Source: an uncultured Acidimicrobiaceae bacterium (GTDB lineage: Bacteria; Actinomycetota; Acidimicrobiia; Acidimicrobiales; RAAP-2). From it: a DNA stretch of 51,996 bases. The position numbers and the translations under genes are program-made. The first letter of the stretch is position 1. Every line of letters begins with the position of its first letter. The DNA lies in NCBI GenBank assembly GCA_964453355.1, contig CAYVPF010000003.1, positions 1 to 51,996 on the forward strand, written 5' to 3'. The notes below the pieces were generated by a model. It was not told where the DNA came from. It saw nothing but the letters and a program-made list of their open reading frames with translations, and searched no databases. Positions 49,868-51,996 of this stretch are shown here, piece after piece.

Positions 49868-50995
49868 CTACAGCAGCCCGGCGGCGGTGGCCAGGGCCTG
49901 CAGGTCGGCTTGGGGCCGGGCCCCGAGATGGCCGATGACCTCGGCGGCGCACAGGCCGCCGAGCCGGGCGCAGTCCACCGGGTCGGCCCCGTGGGTGAGG
50001 CCGTACAGGAACCCGGCGGCGTACAGGTCGCCGGCCCCGGTGGTGTCCACCACCGCCGGCGCCGGCGCCGCCGGGACCGTCACCGGGCCCCGGGCGGTCA
50101 TCACGACCGACCCCTTCGCACCGAGGGTGACGGCCACCAGCAATCCGGTCTCCTCGGCGGCCTCCAGGGCGGCATCCAAGGAACCGGCCCCGAACAGCTG
50201 GATGATCTCCTCCTCGTTGCCGAACAGCACGTCGACGTCGTCGACGAGCAGGTCCAGGAACTCCCGCTGGTGCCGCCCCACGCAGAACGGGTCCGACAGG
50301 GACAGGGCCACGGACCCGTCGTTGTCGTGGCACACCGCCATGGCCCGGCGCATGGCCTCCTTGGCCGCCGGCATGTCCCACAGGTACCCCTCCAGGTACA
50401 CCACGTTGGCCCGGGCCACCAGGGCCTCGGGGACGTCGGCGGGGGCGATGGTGGTGGCCGCCCCCAGGTGGGTGGCCATGGTGCGCTCGGCGTCGTCGCT
50501 GACCAGCACCAGGCACCGGCCGGTGCCGAGGGCCTCGCTGCCGGCGCCACCGTTGGTGCCGTCACCGGTGCCGGCCGCCGGGGCGACGGCCGGCTGGTAC
50601 AGGACGCCGGCCGACCGGATGTCGTGCACGAACACCTGCCCGAGCGGGTCGTCGGCGATCTTGCCGACGAACCCGACGAACCCGCCGAGGGCGGCGACCC
50701 CCGCCGCGGTGTTGGCGGCCGACCCGCCGGAGACCTCGATGGTGGGGCCCATGGCGGCGTAGATCTGCTCGGCCTGGTCCAGGTCCACGAGGGCCATGGA
50801 CCCCCGGACGAGCCCGGCGGCGGCGATGGCGTCGTCGGTGGCGGTGGCCAGGACGTCGACAAGCGGGGAGCCGACAGCGACGACATCCAGGGGAACCTGG
50901 TCGCCGGCGACCTGGTCGTTGGCGAGCTGGCCGCCGGTGACCTGGCCGTTGGTGACTTGTTCAGCGGCAGCGGGGGGGGTGGGGGTATCCGTCAC
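49868..50995 (-). CDS. PfkB-family carbohydrate/adenosine kinase
   Basis: VVAVGSPLVDVL...GGSAANTAAGVAALGG...DTTGAGDLYAAGFLYG. No in-frame ATG or GTG lies closer to the domain than GTG at 50995 (TACCCT 8 nt upstream). The N-terminal tail has xxQVx x5. Confidence 0.82.
   Translation of the reverse strand: MTDTPTPPAAAEQVTNGQVTGGQLANDQVAGDQVPLDVVAVGSPLVDVLATATDDAIAAAGLVRGSMALVDLDQAEQIYAAMGPTIEVSGGSAANTAAGVAALGGFVGFVGKIADDPLGQVFVHDIRSAGVLYQPAVAPAAGTGDGTNGGAGSEALGTGRCLVLVSDDAERTMATHLGAATTIAPADVPEALVARANVVYLEGYLWDMPAAKEAMRRAMAVCHDNDGSVALSLSDPFCVGRHQREFLDLLVDDVDVLFGNEEEIIQLFGAGSLDAALEAAEETGLLVAVTLGAKGSVVMTARGPVTVPAAPAPAVVDTTGAGDLYAAGFLYGLTHGADPVDCARLGGLCAAEVIGHLGARPQADLQALATAAGLL
50891..50965 (-). 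repeat. five imperfect 15-bp tandem units in the kinase 5' region
   Basis: GGGAACCTGGTCGCC / GGCGACCTGGTCGTT / GGCGAGCTGGCCGCC / GGTGACCTGGCCGTT / GGTGACTTGTTCAGC at 50891-50965. Encodes AEQVT-NGQVT-GGQLA-NDQVA-GDQVP. Confidence 0.85.
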
Positions 50996-51058
50996 AGGGC
51001 GAGAGGGTACCTCGGTGCCGGACGGGGGCACCCCGGCAGCGGACGGTAGCCTCTGCCC

Positions 51059-51757
51059 ATGCCTTCTGTTGACGCCTCCAGCACCGCGCCGCCGGCCCCC
51101 GACGAGGCCTGGCGGCTGCCCCGTACGGTCGAACCCATCACGTACCGGCTGGTCCTGGCGCCGGACCTCGGTGCGGCCACCTTCGCCGGGACGGCGGAGA
51201 TCGACGTGGTGGTGCACGAGGCCACGGACCGGGTGGTGCTGAACGCCATCGAACTGGCCATCGACGGGGCGACGGTGACGACGGCGGACGGAAAGGTCGA
51301 GCCGGCTGCGGTGGCCTTGGACGACGACGCCGAGCGGGCCACCTTCACCTTCCCGACGACTGACGGGGCCGCCCCGTTGCCGGCGGGCCCGGCGACCCTT
51401 CGCTGCTCGTTCACCGGGATCCTGAACGACAAGCTACGCGGCTTCTACCGGAGCACGTTCATCGACCAGGATGGGATCACCCGGACCATCGCCACCACCC
51501 AGTTCGAGTCCACCGACGCCCGCCGGGCGTTCCCGTGCTGGGACGAGCCGGACCGCAAGGCCGTGTTCGAGGTCACCCTGGCGGTCGACGACGGGCTGGC
51601 CGCGTTCTCGAACTCGCCGATCGTCGACGAGACGCCGGACCCCGGGGCACCGGACCGCCGCCGGGTGCGGTTCGCCCCGACCATGAAGATGTCGACGTAC
51701 CTGGTGGCGTTCGTGGTCTGGCCGTTGGAGGCCACCGACCCCGTCGACATCGACGGG
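51059..51757 (+). pseudogene. pepN: aminopeptidase N (M1 family), 5' part only; homology ends abruptly near 51757
   Basis: Hand translation gives MPSVDASS...WRLPRTVEPITYRLVLAPDL...ILNDKLRGFYRSTF...TQFESTDARRAFPCWDEPDRKAVFEVTL...MSTYLVAFVVWPLEATDPVDIDG. The frame then stays open but reads as non-PepN sequence. The HEXXH domain is missing. TAGCCT lies 6 nt upstream of the ATG. Confidence 0.8.
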
Positions 51758-51996
51758 CGACGTCACCAGTCCGAGATCGATCTCACGCGCCGCAAGCATC
51801 AAAGCAACCTCGGCGCTGCGGCCGGTGCGCACGCGAACGTCGACATTCGGCCACTTCTCCTGAAACCGCCCCAGCCATCCCGGCAAGTGAGTGACACTGG
51901 TGGTAACGCCCGCGCCGATGGCGAGGGTTCCCGTCGATCCGCCCTCCACTTCCACCGCCGCCCGGCGCCCCGCCTCCAGAGCCGAAAGGCCGCGCT
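51758..51996 (-). pseudogene. LysR-family regulator fragment (linker plus first part of the substrate-binding domain), truncated at both ends
   Basis: Minus-strand frame open from the window edge: RGLSALEAGRRAAVEVEGGSTGTLAIGAGVTTSVTHLPGWLGRFQEKWPNVDVRVRTGRSAEVALMLAAREIDLGLVTSPVD, then it decays into the reverse complement of pepN. Confidence 0.65.

Noticed and set aside
15496-51217. N-terminal extensions of track ORFs 15496..16785, 27625..29607, 28842..30599, 31496..33277, 35525..37078, 36732..37823, 48762..50516 and 49868..51217
   Set aside because: The extensions run through the upstream neighbour in a different frame. Internal ATG/GTG starts with SD sequences or stop-start overlaps give proteins of the normal family length, so the CDSs were trimmed.
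1-51996. CRISPR arrays
   Set aside because: All repeats found are contiguous tandem units of 8-23 bp with no unique spacers, and no cas genes are present.

Overview
High-G+C (about 70% by eye) Actinomycetota-type chromosomal window. All family calls come from motifs read by eye in the supplied translations; no searches were run. Layout: (1) 1-13996, housekeeping genes. These include an ICL/PEP-mutase family gene, tRNA-Gln(UUG), an OmpR-type two-component pair, a VOC/glyoxalase gene broken by an in-frame TAG, and the conserved block ispE-rsmA-(secreted DPBB protein)-tatD-metG-rsmI. Two very small actinobacterial ribosomal protein genes (bS22-like, bL37-like) fall below the ORF-track cutoff. 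A phosphodiesterase, an SCO-family lipoprotein and a second lipoprotein complete this part. (2) 14014-45638, a catabolic supercluster of about 31 kb, almost entirely on the minus strand. It holds two classes of extradiol dioxygenase (VOC/BphC-HsaC-like and LigB-like), three Amidohydro_2-type enzymes, HsaA-like and KstD-like flavoenzymes and DapA-like and two DapB_N-like proteins. It also holds a muconolactone-isomerase-like protein, many SDRs, two ALDHs, a Liv-type ABC importer whose two permeases and one ATPase are fused into one 965-aa protein, a FadR/GntR regulator and a 1217-aa indolepyruvate:ferredoxin oxidoreductase. Its promoter regions share an AT-rich ATCT-N4-ATCT motif placed just upstream of -35-like hexamers. 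This motif is the most system-like new signal I found. (3) 45749-51996, a 716-aa secreted multi-repeat protein with an odd ACA-codon-rich N-terminal half, then hemerythrin, ychF and a PfkB kinase. The window ends with a pepN 5' part that breaks abruptly, at an 18-bp palindrome, into an oppositely oriented LysR fragment of different codon usage, which is a likely chimeric or rearrangement junction. Recurrent themes are 15-bp (pentapeptide) tandem duplications at gene termini, an 8-bp microsatellite between two genes, and leaderless-type starts with a TAnnnT hexamer 6-10 nt upstream. No CRISPR array, rRNA, transposase or integrase was seen. Many long ORFs in the track are antisense or frame artefacts of high G+C and were discarded, or trimmed to internal starts.
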